A program made the position numbers and the translations under genes. The notes below the pieces were generated by a model. The model saw only the letters and a list, made by a program, of their open reading frames with translations. It did no database searches and had not been told where the DNA came from. A stretch of 64,000 nt of DNA from Parcubacteria group bacterium M10-OD1-1 (lineage in GTDB: Bacteria > Patescibacteriota > Minisyncoccia > Moranbacterales > UBA2206): assembly GCA_003056145.1 (NCBI GenBank), contig LSNL01000003.1, positions 4,345 through 68,344 on the forward strand, given 5' to 3'. Shown piece after piece: positions 1 through 8,227 of this stretch (the first letter of the stretch is position 1; each line of letters begins with the position of its first letter).

Positions 1-181
1 TATTTCCAAAACTTAAAAAGAAGTCTCCTGAAAAATTATCTTGAATAAAATCTAGCGTTTCTACTTCTGCTAAATCTCCACAATGAATTATTTTTTCAAT
101 TTTATTTTTTCGACAATAATCTAAAACCTTTTTTAAGTTTGGAATATTATCGTGAGTATCAGAAATAATAGCTAGTTTCAT
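1..181 (-). CDS. metallophosphoesterase (YfcE/MJ0936-like phosphodiesterase), 5' portion; runs off window
   Basis: Reverse-complement translation from ATG at 179-181 gives MKLAIISDTHDNIPNLKKVLDYCRKNKIEKIIHCGDL, the D-x-H-D...GD metallophosphoesterase N-terminal motifs. The ORF continues past position 1. Confidence 0.5.
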   Translation of the reverse strand, partial: MKLAIISDTHDNIPNLKKVLDYCRKNKIEKIIHCGDLAEVETLDFIQDNFSGDFFLSFGN

Positions 182-223
182 AAATTTTTAGAAAAATTAA
201 TTTTAGTCAATAAAACTTTAGAC

Positions 224-1054
224 TTAGGAAGAATTTTTACGTAATTTTTTTAAAGTTAAAATATCTTCAGCTACTTGATCGGGTGAGGTTTCTAAGATTA
301 TATCAATATCTTTTTCTTTCGCTAAGGTTATAATTTTTTGAAAGGGTTCTAGCCCGATTAAGCCTTTTCCAATATGTGCGTGACGATCTTTTTTAGAATT
401 GTATTCAGTTAGAGAATCATTAGCATGAATAATTTTAATTTTTTCTAGTCCAATCTCGGCATCTATTTTTTTAAGAGTCTTTTTGAAATCACGCCAATCG
501 TAACCAGAAGCAAAAGAATGTTGAGTATCTAAGCAAATACCAGCGATAGAAGGATTATTTACTCCTTTAATAATTTGAGCTAATTCTTGAAAATCGCTAC
601 CAATAATTCCTCCTGCTCCAGCGCTATTTTCTAAAAGTAATTTGGTAGTTCCTTGATAATTAGCTAAAGTTTTTTTTAACATCTCAATCGTTTTTTGAAG
701 AGCTAACTCTTTACCTAAATCTTTAGTGGTTCCAAGGTGTGTAATAACAAATTGAGCTTTAAGTAGGGATCCAGTCTCTAATTCTTGACGAATAGCTGAG
801 ATAGATCCATAGCGAATACGATTATTTTTGGAAGCAAAATTTATATAATAAGGAGCGTGAATAACAAAATTTTTAAGTTTATTTTTTTTAATCTCAGTAG
901 AAAATTTCTCAATGATTTCAGAAGTAAGTTGAGTCGCTTTTCCTCCTTGAGGGGAGCGGGTAAATATTTGAAAGCATTCGGCGCCTAGCTCTGTTGCTCG
1001 TTGGGGAGCCTTAAAAATTCCTTCAGCGATAGAAATATGACAACCAATATTCAT
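224..1054 (-). CDS. nfo: endonuclease IV (AP endonuclease family 2)
   Basis: 276 aa. Motifs HAPYYINFAS, ITHLGT, LLLENSAG, CLDTQHSFASGYD, IIHANDS...DRHAHIG and ILET match Nfo metal-binding residues. Confidence 0.8.
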   Translation of the reverse strand: MNIGCHISIAEGIFKAPQRATELGAECFQIFTRSPQGGKATQLTSEIIEKFSTEIKKNKLKNFVIHAPYYINFASKNNRIRYGSISAIRQELETGSLLKAQFVITHLGTTKDLGKELALQKTIEMLKKTLANYQGTTKLLLENSAGAGGIIGSDFQELAQIIKGVNNPSIAGICLDTQHSFASGYDWRDFKKTLKKIDAEIGLEKIKIIHANDSLTEYNSKKDRHAHIGKGLIGLEPFQKIITLAKEKDIDIILETSPDQVAEDILTLKKLRKNSS

Positions 1055-1134
1055 TAAACTAAGTTAGGTGATTACTTATTCATTATAAAACAAAGCTAGT
1101 TAAAAACCAAAGATTAAAAGTAATAAATAATCTC

Positions 1135-2094
1135 TTAAATAATTTTCCAACCATCTTTAATCGGGGCAATTTTTCCTTGAATTTCAAAACCACTAGCTAG
1201 CTTGTGTCCACCTCCACCAAATTGAGCAGCAATTTTAGAAACATCTACTCCCTTATATTCTTCACTGCGAAGGCTACCTTTAATAATGCCATCTTTTCTT
1301 TCAGAAAGAATTAAAGAGAACTTTGTTCCTGGAACAGTATTAAGAATTCCAGCGACTTGAGCAATATCTTCGGTTCTAGCTTCGCATTCTTCTAAATCTT
1401 TTTCAGTTAATACAGAGATAATCATTCCGTTTTCTGGGTTGATTTTAGCTTTTTCAAAAGCTTTTCCCCAAAGTTTTAAGGTAGAAATATTTTTATTAGA
1501 AAAAGTGGTTTCTACTATTTTAGCTAAGGGAGCTCCCTTTTTCATTAAAATAGAAGCAATCTCCATTACTCTAGGGGTTGTATTGGAATGTTGGAACATT
1601 CCAGTGTCAGAGAGAATTCCTAATAGTAAAAATTTAGCTATAGTGTGGTTAATTTCAATATTATTGGTAGAGAAAAAATTATAAATAATTTCACAAACAG
1701 AAGAGTAAGAAGGATCAATGATGTTAATATCTCCTTGGATAGTGATGTCTGGATGGTGATCAATTAAAGCAATAACTTGTTTTTCATTGAAGTTATCTTT
1801 AATTTTCTGAAAACCTCTCTCGACACTATCACAAGCAATAATTAATTTATAGTCAGCAAAATTTATTTGTTCGGGCGATTTAAATTGAATGTTAGAAAGA
1901 GATTTTAAATAATTTGGGAAAGGATCAAAACAGACGATAGTAACAATTTTATTAAGTTTTTTGGCGTACTCATAAAGAGCTAAAACGGAGCCGACAGTAT
2001 CTCCGTCTGGGCGAGAGTGAGCGAAAAGAAGTAAGCTATCAGTTTCTTTGATAGCAAAATTTAAAGTATTAAATTCTTGGGTAAATTTTTCCAT
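1135..2094 (-). CDS. nrnA: DHH-family phosphoesterase, NrnA-like bifunctional oligoribonuclease/pAp phosphatase
   Basis: 319 aa. It has the DHH motif (IDHHPD), a C-terminal GGGH (DHHA1) motif, and an HSRPDGD N-terminal motif. Confidence 0.6.
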   Translation of the reverse strand: MEKFTQEFNTLNFAIKETDSLLLFAHSRPDGDTVGSVLALYEYAKKLNKIVTIVCFDPFPNYLKSLSNIQFKSPEQINFADYKLIIACDSVERGFQKIKDNFNEKQVIALIDHHPDITIQGDINIIDPSYSSVCEIIYNFFSTNNIEINHTIAKFLLLGILSDTGMFQHSNTTPRVMEIASILMKKGAPLAKIVETTFSNKNISTLKLWGKAFEKAKINPENGMIISVLTEKDLEECEARTEDIAQVAGILNTVPGTKFSLILSERKDGIIKGSLRSEEYKGVDVSKIAAQFGGGGHKLASGFEIQGKIAPIKDGWKII

Positions 2095-2149
2095 TTTTTT
2101 AAAACTAAAATAAAATCAGTTTTTCAAGAGCGATTTTTGTCGCTTAAAA

Positions 2150-2479
2150 TTATATTTCTTTTAAAAGTTTTTCAATCTTATCAGCTTCTATTTCAGTCAT
2201 ATCAATTTTAAATTCAACCTTTGGTAGTGGTTTCATATATAATTTTTTGTTTAGTTTTCCTTGAATTTTAGAAATTTCTTTTTGCAAGGTCTTAAGGACA
2301 TAATTAATGTCTGCTTCTGGAAAGACGCTAACAAATATACGAGTGTATCGTAAATCGGGAGTAGTGTCAACCTTAGCAATAGTTACAAAAACACCTTCTT
2401 TTAAAGAAAGGTCTTGAGTTAAAATATCATTAATGTTTTTTTTAATAACTTGATTGATCTTTTCAATTCGTTGAGACAT
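2150..2479 (-). CDS. rbfA: ribosome-binding factor A
   Basis: 109 aa basic protein immediately downstream of infB on the same strand, which is the conserved infB-rbfA arrangement. The sequence is RbfA-like. Confidence 0.65.
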   Translation of the reverse strand: MSQRIEKINQVIKKNINDILTQDLSLKEGVFVTIAKVDTTPDLRYTRIFVSVFPEADINYVLKTLQKEISKIQGKLNKKLYMKPLPKVEFKIDMTEIEADKIEKLLKEI

Positions 2480-2515
2480 CGTTAAGCAGTAGCTAATTAG
2501 TTAGTTGTTTAAATA

Positions 2516-4294
2516 TCACAAAATATTTTTTTTAACTTCTTCTTGATAACACAAGATAGTGTCACCAGTTTTAATTTTAGTTTTTCCAATAAAAGTTATG
2601 CCACATTCTTTTCCTGTTTGACATTCGTCAACATCAACTTTATTTTCTTGAAGATTTCCCATTTTGCCTTTGCCAATACTTTTGTCAGCGCGAAAAACTT
2701 CCAAAAGAGAATTATTAACTAACTTGCCAGAAACAATTTTTCCACCGACAATCATATCTTCTTTCCCATTTTTAAAAATGGCTAAAATTGTTAATTTACC
2801 AAAATCAGTTCGCTCAATCACTGGAGGTAATAAATCAGTTAATTTTTCTTTAATATTATCAATTAGTTCGTAAATAATAGAATAATTTTTAATTTCAACT
2901 TCAGCGGATTCTGCCATTCGTTTTGCCACCGAAGTAGCATCAACACTAAAACCATAAATAGTGGCATTAGAGCTACTAGCTAAGCGAACATCAGATTCAG
3001 TAATATTACCGACACCTACACTAATATATTCAATAGCTACTTCTTCAGATTTTATTTCAGCTAAAATTTGTTGGATAGCTTCTAGAGAACCTTGAACATC
3101 AGATTTTAAAATTATATTTAATTTCTTAATCTTTTCATCAGCGATAGTTTTCATAATTTTCTGAGCACTAAAAGATTCTTGCTCCAGAGAGTTTTTAAAT
3201 TTACTGGAATTCAATTTAGATTTTCCACCAGAACGCTCTACGACTGATTGTAAAATATCGTTAGAGTTAGGAGTGCTTTGAAGTCCGATTATATTGACTG
3301 GAGTTGAAGGTCCAGCTTCAGTAATTCTTTGACCTCTAAAATCTTCAATTCGCCTTACTCTTCCTATTGTAGAGCCAGCGATAATATCTTGACCTTCTTT
3401 TAAAGTTCCTGTTTTAACTAGAATGGTAGCTACTGGTCCTTTTTGAGGGTCTAAATTAGACTCTAAAACAATTCCAATGGGTTCTCGAGAATAATTAGCC
3501 TTATAATCTTCTACTTCTGCCGTTAAAAGAATATTTTCTAAAAGTCCATCAATACCAATATTTTGTTTAGCACTAATTTTAGAGCTTAAAACATCACCAC
3601 CCCATTCTTCTAAAAGAATTCCTTTATCTGCGAGTTCTTGTTTGACTTTTTGCACATTAACACCAACCTTATCTATTTTATTGATAGCTACGACAGTAGG
3701 GATTTTTTTTGCTAAAAGATATTCAATTACTTCACTTGTTTGAGGTCTAACTCCATCATCAGCAGCTACTACTAGAACAGCAATATCAGCCAAGCTAACA
3801 CCTCGTTCTCGCATAGCACTAAAAGCTTCGTGACCAGGCGTATCTACAAAAGTAATAAGCTTACCTTTTTTCTTAACTTGATAAGCGCTGATATGTTGAG
3901 TAATTCCTCCGGATTCTTTACCTGCCACGTTAGATTTTCTAATGGCATCTAAAAGAGTAGTCTTGCCATGATCAACATGTCCAAGAATAGTGACTACTGG
4001 AGGGCGACTTCTTAGATGGTCTCCTGAATCATGTTCTTTTTTTAATAACTCATTAAGTTTTTCTAAAGTCATTTCTCCACTAGCTTCTAAAATTTCTTCG
4101 GAAACTTCAAAACCTAAATCTTGAGCAATAATAGAAGCTGTTTCAAAATCAATTTTTTCATTAATACTAGCTAAAATGCCATTTTTCATTAACTCAGTGA
4201 TGACAATATTAATAGGCAAGCCTAAAAGTTCGCCAAATTTTTTAACGGTGACTGAAGAAGGTAAATTAATTTTTTTTGTGTTTTTTTCGGGCAT
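2516..4294 (-). CDS. infB: translation initiation factor IF-2
   Basis: 592 aa. GTPase motifs [17 protein letters not shown] and NKID, with a C-terminal IF-2 beta-barrel region. Confidence 0.9.
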   Translation of the reverse strand: MPEKNTKKINLPSSVTVKKFGELLGLPINIVITELMKNGILASINEKIDFETASIIAQDLGFEVSEEILEASGEMTLEKLNELLKKEHDSGDHLRSRPPVVTILGHVDHGKTTLLDAIRKSNVAGKESGGITQHISAYQVKKKGKLITFVDTPGHEAFSAMRERGVSLADIAVLVVAADDGVRPQTSEVIEYLLAKKIPTVVAINKIDKVGVNVQKVKQELADKGILLEEWGGDVLSSKISAKQNIGIDGLLENILLTAEVEDYKANYSREPIGIVLESNLDPQKGPVATILVKTGTLKEGQDIIAGSTIGRVRRIEDFRGQRITEAGPSTPVNIIGLQSTPNSNDILQSVVERSGGKSKLNSSKFKNSLEQESFSAQKIMKTIADEKIKKLNIILKSDVQGSLEAIQQILAEIKSEEVAIEYISVGVGNITESDVRLASSSNATIYGFSVDATSVAKRMAESAEVEIKNYSIIYELIDNIKEKLTDLLPPVIERTDFGKLTILAIFKNGKEDMIVGGKIVSGKLVNNSLLEVFRADKSIGKGKMGNLQENKVDVDECQTGKECGITFIGKTKIKTGDTILCYQEEVKKNIL

Positions 4295-4346
4295 AATTTT
4301 TTTAAATACTTAATAAATAATAAAGGAAGTGAGGAAAGAAAATTGT

Positions 4347-4859
4347 TTAGCTAGTTTTATTGGTAGCAATGGCTTTTTTAATGGCTTCTTTTTCTTCTTC
4401 TGTTAATGGATGTTTTTCTGATTGACCATTGATAATCTCCTTGGAATAAATTCTTGCTCCTTCTCTAGTGAAAAGAGAAGAAAGTGTTATTCCATCATTT
4501 TTGCCATTTAGTAGAGCGATTGAGAAGCTTTGGTTACCTCCTACATCCTTAAAAGGATTAAATCTTACTTGTCCAATTTTATGAAAACTTTTAAAAGCTA
4601 AATTATTGATTTGATTGGAAATATTATATAATTCTTGAATATCTTTATCTAATAATTGAAGAGACTTCGCTTGACTTAATAAAAGTTCTTCTAAGTTTTT
4701 AACTTTTTTTCCAGCAAATAAAATTGTCTTCTCTTTTTTAATAATTTGAAACTGAAGATAAAAAAATATATTCCAAGCTAAAAGTATTAAAAACAGAATT
4801 ATAAAAAAAACTAAAATTATTAGTAGATTATTTTGAATTAAGTTCTCCAAAGAAATCAT
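4347..4859 (-). CDS. hypothetical membrane-anchored protein (DUF4446-like)
   Basis: 170 aa. N-terminal transmembrane helix, coiled-coil middle and conserved C-terminal region. The family call is from memory and not verified. Confidence 0.4.
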   Translation of the reverse strand: MISLENLIQNNLLIILVFFIILFLILLAWNIFFYLQFQIIKKEKTILFAGKKVKNLEELLLSQAKSLQLLDKDIQELYNISNQINNLAFKSFHKIGQVRFNPFKDVGGNQSFSIALLNGKNDGITLSSLFTREGARIYSKEIINGQSEKHPLTEEEKEAIKKAIATNKTS

Positions 4860-5171
4860 AGTATTTACTAGCTTAATTTAGATATAAGACTAATTTTAGG
4901 CTAGCATTTATATTTCCTTATGTAAAGCTAAAAGAATTATAATTTGATTAATAATTAAATTTATAAATTCAGAATATTTAAACTACTATTTAAGGGTTGC
5001 ACTAATGCTTTATGCAAGTCAAATTCAAAAGAGTAAGCTATGTACAGAAGAATAGGGCATACAAATGATAAATAAAAGTCTGTCTTACGTTTAAGACGGG
5101 CTTTTATTATTGTGGGCGGTGTCGCCTGCTATCTACTTGACAGATATGAATAAATATGCTAGGATGTACTG

Positions 5172-5335
5172 AATAACAAATAAGTTATTTTTAAAACAAA
5201 CAAATAAATAAATTCTTTGAGGAGAGAGTTACAAACAACGAAAGCTTTATAGCGGTTGTTGTTTAAAGAAAACAGTTAAATGTTTTTCTCTCTTCAGGGA
5301 AGAAAGCATTTAACTGTTTTTTTTTATTTTAAAAA
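5172..5335 (+). ncRNA. candidate small RNA with sigma70-like promoter and intrinsic terminator
   Basis: TTGACA (5137-5142), 17 nt, TAGGAT (5160-5165). Perfect 12-bp terminator stem aacagttaaatg/catttaactgtt (5271-5282 / 5307-5318) followed by T-run 5319-5335. No ORF lies between them. Confidence 0.4.
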
Positions 5336-5439
5336 TATGAAAGACAGATTTTGTTGAAAGAATGATGCAGATGAAATGTGCTTGTTGACACAACTTAAAA
5401 TGATTAAAAGTTGTTAATCCAAGTTTTTATCTTCATCAT

Positions 5440-6640
5440 TCTCTCAATAAAGAGGAGAGAGAAGCTGTTCTTTATATCGAAATAAAATGCTGAAAATATA
5501 TACAAGACCTGCAAGCCTTGTCACTGTGTTGGATAGGTCGCCTTTCGACGGAAACCGATTGCCAATGGCACATTTTACAAATCGTTTTCGTAAGGAAATC
5601 GACTGGGAGTGAAGACTTGAACTATCTTCGCTTTCAGAAATTTCCTTATGAGCGCCTTGTTGTTTAACTCGCTGTGAGTACAACAAGACAATCTAGAGGA
5701 AAATGCTCTTTGAAAAAAAACAAAATCATCATAGGAAGCTATCACGATGGTTTTGTAAACAAAATTGGTACTTGGCAGATAGTCTGTTTGGTTACCGAAA
5801 AAATCAGGGCTAACAAATGCCCCCTTGCCGACATTTTCATGGATGTCGTGATAGCCGAGGTTTCCTAAGGAGGAAATATCATGAATCAAAGAAATACTGG
5901 GAAGGAAGTAGTGTCCTTCCTCTGGAAGGAAGAAGGACTTGATGCGATTTTTTCCGGTGTGTCGTTTAACGACACACCGGACGGCAACGTTTGCACCTTT
6001 CTTTTTAGAAAGCAAGGTGTGAACGACGTACCGATATATTATCGGTACGAAATATTTGAACGACGCGACAGGCGTCGTTCAAAAGGACTGATTTTGACAT
6101 TACTCTTTACGAGTAATGTCAGGTCTCGGGTTGAATGCGTTTCCTTTCTAAAATTTTTAGAAAGGAATGGCCTACTCATCAGAAGGGCTGATGGCCCTGC
6201 TGATGAGTACTATGCCGACCCAAGGTTTATCACCTGTCCGCGCTTTGTGCGGATAAGTGATAAAATGTCTTTGCATTCAGAATTGTTGACCCTGACAAAT
6301 GGGGAAACAATTCTAGTAGAAATCTGGGCTCACTACCCAGAATACGAAGATGAAAATGAAGGAGACTTCCGTATAAAAAACATATGCTGGTTCCCAAAGG
6401 GGCACCATAGTTTTGATACGGAGGAAAATCCTGTAATATTCGCAGGTTTCCTGCGAATATGCCAAAACGGTAATACCGTCTTTGTAGACGGTATTTATTT
6501 CAATAACCGTGGAGGGCGCCACGGTATAATCGAAGAAGCAATTGACACACCAACGGCTACCGAGTAACCCTCGGCTAGTCGACAAACGTCGAGAGGTCGA
6601 CACTAAACAAACCCCCGAGCGACGGTAAGACGCGTTCATG
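5440..6640 (+). ncRNA. hairpin-dense tract of unknown function, candidate large structured RNA or hairpin array. The strand is uncertain; plus is suggested by the downstream plus-strand terminator.
   Basis: At least 25 local inverted repeats, many perfect 9-13 bp with 3-7 nt loops. Examples are 5955-5981 (11 bp), 6027-6049 (10 bp), 6057-6081 (10 bp), 6095-6121 (11 bp), 6141-6167 (12-13 bp), 6436-6460 (11 bp), 5656-5690 (8 bp) and 5832-5851 (6 bp). GC is higher than the flanks. The chance expectation for perfect 9+ bp hairpins in about 1 kb is far below one. Confidence 0.45.
5881..6567 (+). CDS. doubtful ORF (228 aa) overlapping the hairpin-dense tract; probably not a real protein gene
   Basis: Long ORF with an apparent SD aaggagg, but that SD is itself the hairpin tttcct-aagg-aggaaa. 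The ORF is saturated with perfect hairpins, its composition is rich in F and R, and overlapping ORFs occur on both strands, consistent with stop-codon depletion in GC-richer DNA. Confidence 0.2.
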   Translation: MNQRNTGKEVVSFLWKEEGLDAIFSGVSFNDTPDGNVCTFLFRKQGVNDVPIYYRYEIFERRDRRRSKGLILTLLFTSNVRSRVECVSFLKFLERNGLLIRRADGPADEYYADPRFITCPRFVRISDKMSLHSELLTLTNGETILVEIWAHYPEYEDENEGDFRIKNICWFPKGHHSFDTEENPVIFAGFLRICQNGNTVFVDGIYFNNRGGRHGIIEEAIDTPTATE

Positions 6641-6694
6641 AAATAAAATTATCTTGGTGTGAGTCCACCTAAAAACTCACTGCAGAAAGTACTA

Positions 6695-6739
6695 GGGGAT
6701 GAGCTTTCTGTAAGTTCAAGTTCAATCATCCCCTTTTTT
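6695..6739 (+). terminator. intrinsic terminator-like hairpin
   Basis: Stem ggggatga (6695-6702) / tcatcccc (6726-6733) with a 23-nt loop, followed by tttttt (6734-6739). Confidence 0.4.
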
Positions 6740-6999
6740 CCGAAATCATCAGTTTGTTAAAAATTGGTGGTTTCAGAGAAAAGATGCTCTTTGAAAAAAA
6801 TCTACAATACCGCAAATTGGTTGTGAATATTTGAATGTGGGATTGTTTAATTGACAACTAATTTGCAGTATTGTAGAAAAAATCCAAAGCCGGCAGGGTG
6901 TCGGTGGAGGGTAAATATTAATTTGTCTGATGCAATAATGCTGAGGACAACGGCGATTTTTCGCCCCCTAACTCCGGGGCTCGGAGTGGAGGAAGTAAG

Positions 7000-7644
7000 A
7001 TGTCCAATCAAGTGATAACTTTTGATAAAGTTGTGTCTGAGGTGGTTGCCAGCAAGGCAATTAAAAGAAATAAATATAACATCTGCCGCACCTGGCATGG
7101 ATGGATATCGAAAGACGTCCTACATATTACTAGTAGCTCCGGGGCTCGGCGGCGGAAAATTTGGCATTTCCCTATTATAAGGAATGCTGGAAAGGAGATG
7201 TTTTTTAAAAACACGACGGTAACTGCTGATTGCTGGACAGTTATTCCGGCAAAACAAGAAAAAGATCCTTATGGGAGGATTTTGAGACAGTGTAAACAAT
7301 CAAAAAAATTTCTCCACAGACATCAGCCTGGAGAAGTTGTCTATCTCAAAGGGAGATGGGCATATCTTCACTGTCATGTCCCGGGAGAGTCATCGTTTTA
7401 TGTTTCGTTCGATTCGGATGAGACGATCTTCGAAGGGCCCCTGATAAATGTTCCTGGGGGGCATTTTCAATATCAGGATTGGGAAGTGACGCTGTCCAAG
7501 TCCACTTGGGCAGTTGTCAGAAAGGCGCATGCCGATTCAAACGGTCGCGTGCGTAACTTTATCGAGGCTCTCCATATTTGGGGAGAGCCGGATATAGAAG
7601 AGGTTGCCTCCGCTGTGAGGAGAGGAACATTTGGGAGGAGTTAA
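7000..7644 (+). CDS. hypothetical protein (214 aa), uncertain, within the GC-rich insert
   Basis: ATG preceded by ggaggaag SD at -7 and a hairpin actccg-gggct-cggagt. Fewer perfect hairpins than the upstream tract, and a terminator-like hairpin downstream. Composition is W/H-rich and random-like, and I recognise no family. Confidence 0.3.
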   Translation: MSNQVITFDKVVSEVVASKAIKRNKYNICRTWHGWISKDVLHITSSSGARRRKIWHFPIIRNAGKEMFFKNTTVTADCWTVIPAKQEKDPYGRILRQCKQSKKFLHRHQPGEVVYLKGRWAYLHCHVPGESSFYVSFDSDETIFEGPLINVPGGHFQYQDWEVTLSKSTWAVVRKAHADSNGRVRNFIEALHIWGEPDIEEVASAVRRGTFGRS

Positions 7645-7659
7645 AAAGCGGACTTTTGT

Positions 7660-7700
7660 GCAGGATTGATGATTAGTTCTCATTCAATCCTGCCTATTAT
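7660..7700 (+). terminator. terminator-like hairpin downstream of ORF 7000-7644
   Basis: Stem gcaggattga (7660-7669) / tcaatcctgc (7684-7693). The downstream U-tract is weak. Confidence 0.3.
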
Positions 7701-8227
7701 TGGGATTTTAATTTCTTAATTTAAATTGAAATTCCATAATGGGAAATTGTTTATATAAATATAAACAATACATACAAAATATCTCGGTAATGTGAGGTGT
7801 TTTGAGTGAAATGAGATTTGATTTGTAAAACTTTTCGTCTTTGTAATTTTACGAGGACAAGAAACTCTCTCCTCGAGATTTTATGGATTAAATTTCTTAC
7901 TAAACATTTACTCAAACATCTCATATTGTTGAGATAAAAACATCACCTTTAACACAATAGCTTTGGCTTAGTGGTAATGTAGTCTATCGTTGTTGAAGGT
8001 TTTTTTTGTTTCTATGGAATCGGGAATTATTACAGAAGCAGTGACTGCAAAAACAGTGCGCGCTTTATATATAAAGAAAGTTCAAATATCGTTCAAAAGG
8101 TATCGCTATCTTTGAATTTTTGCGTTTTTGGTAGAATTTTGAGTGGGGCTTTGCTCCGCGCAAAGTGCGACCGTGTCTCGTATACACAGGAAGAAATGAA
8201 AATCCCCCAAAACGCTGAAATTGTAAT

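Noticed and set aside
1439-1684. ORFs antisense to or embedded in known genes. Examples are 1439-1684, 2664-2873, 13335-13577, 13789-14106, 19590-19778, 30488-30709, 30982-31551, 44984-45334, 52760-52981 and 63255-63482.
   Set aside because: They lie entirely within well-supported genes on the opposite strand and have low-complexity or random-like composition, so they are spurious.
6169-6210. CUGAUGAG (hammerhead ribozyme core-like) on both strands within the nested hairpin ctactcatcag...ctgatgagtac.
   Set aside because: The motif arises from the palindrome itself. On neither strand is it followed by a properly placed stem II plus GAAA plus stem III with a UH cleavage site.
5444-7214. Additional minus- and plus-strand ORFs in the insert (5444-5686, 5575-6015, 5674-5868, 6313-6639, 6847-7098, 7008-7214).
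   Set aside because: They are mutually overlapping on several frames, which is typical of stop-codon-poor GC-richer DNA, and they lack RBS.
6970-7260. RNase P RNA P4-like fragments (ctccggggctcgg repeated, and acag...ccggcaaaa).
   Set aside because: The spacing of about 100 nt and the sequence do not fit the conserved GGAAAGUCCGGGCUCC / ACAGAACCCGGCUUA P4 strands or the overall about 350-400 nt architecture.
7950-8010. tRNA-like D-arm string ggcttagtggtaatgtag.
   Set aside because: No acceptor, anticodon or T-arm can be built around it, so it is not a tRNA.
4860-8227. Prophage, integrative element or CRISPR array at tRNA-Ser.
   Set aside because: No integrase, recombinase, cas gene or regularly spaced identical repeats were found. 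The hairpins are all different, so this is not a CRISPR array.
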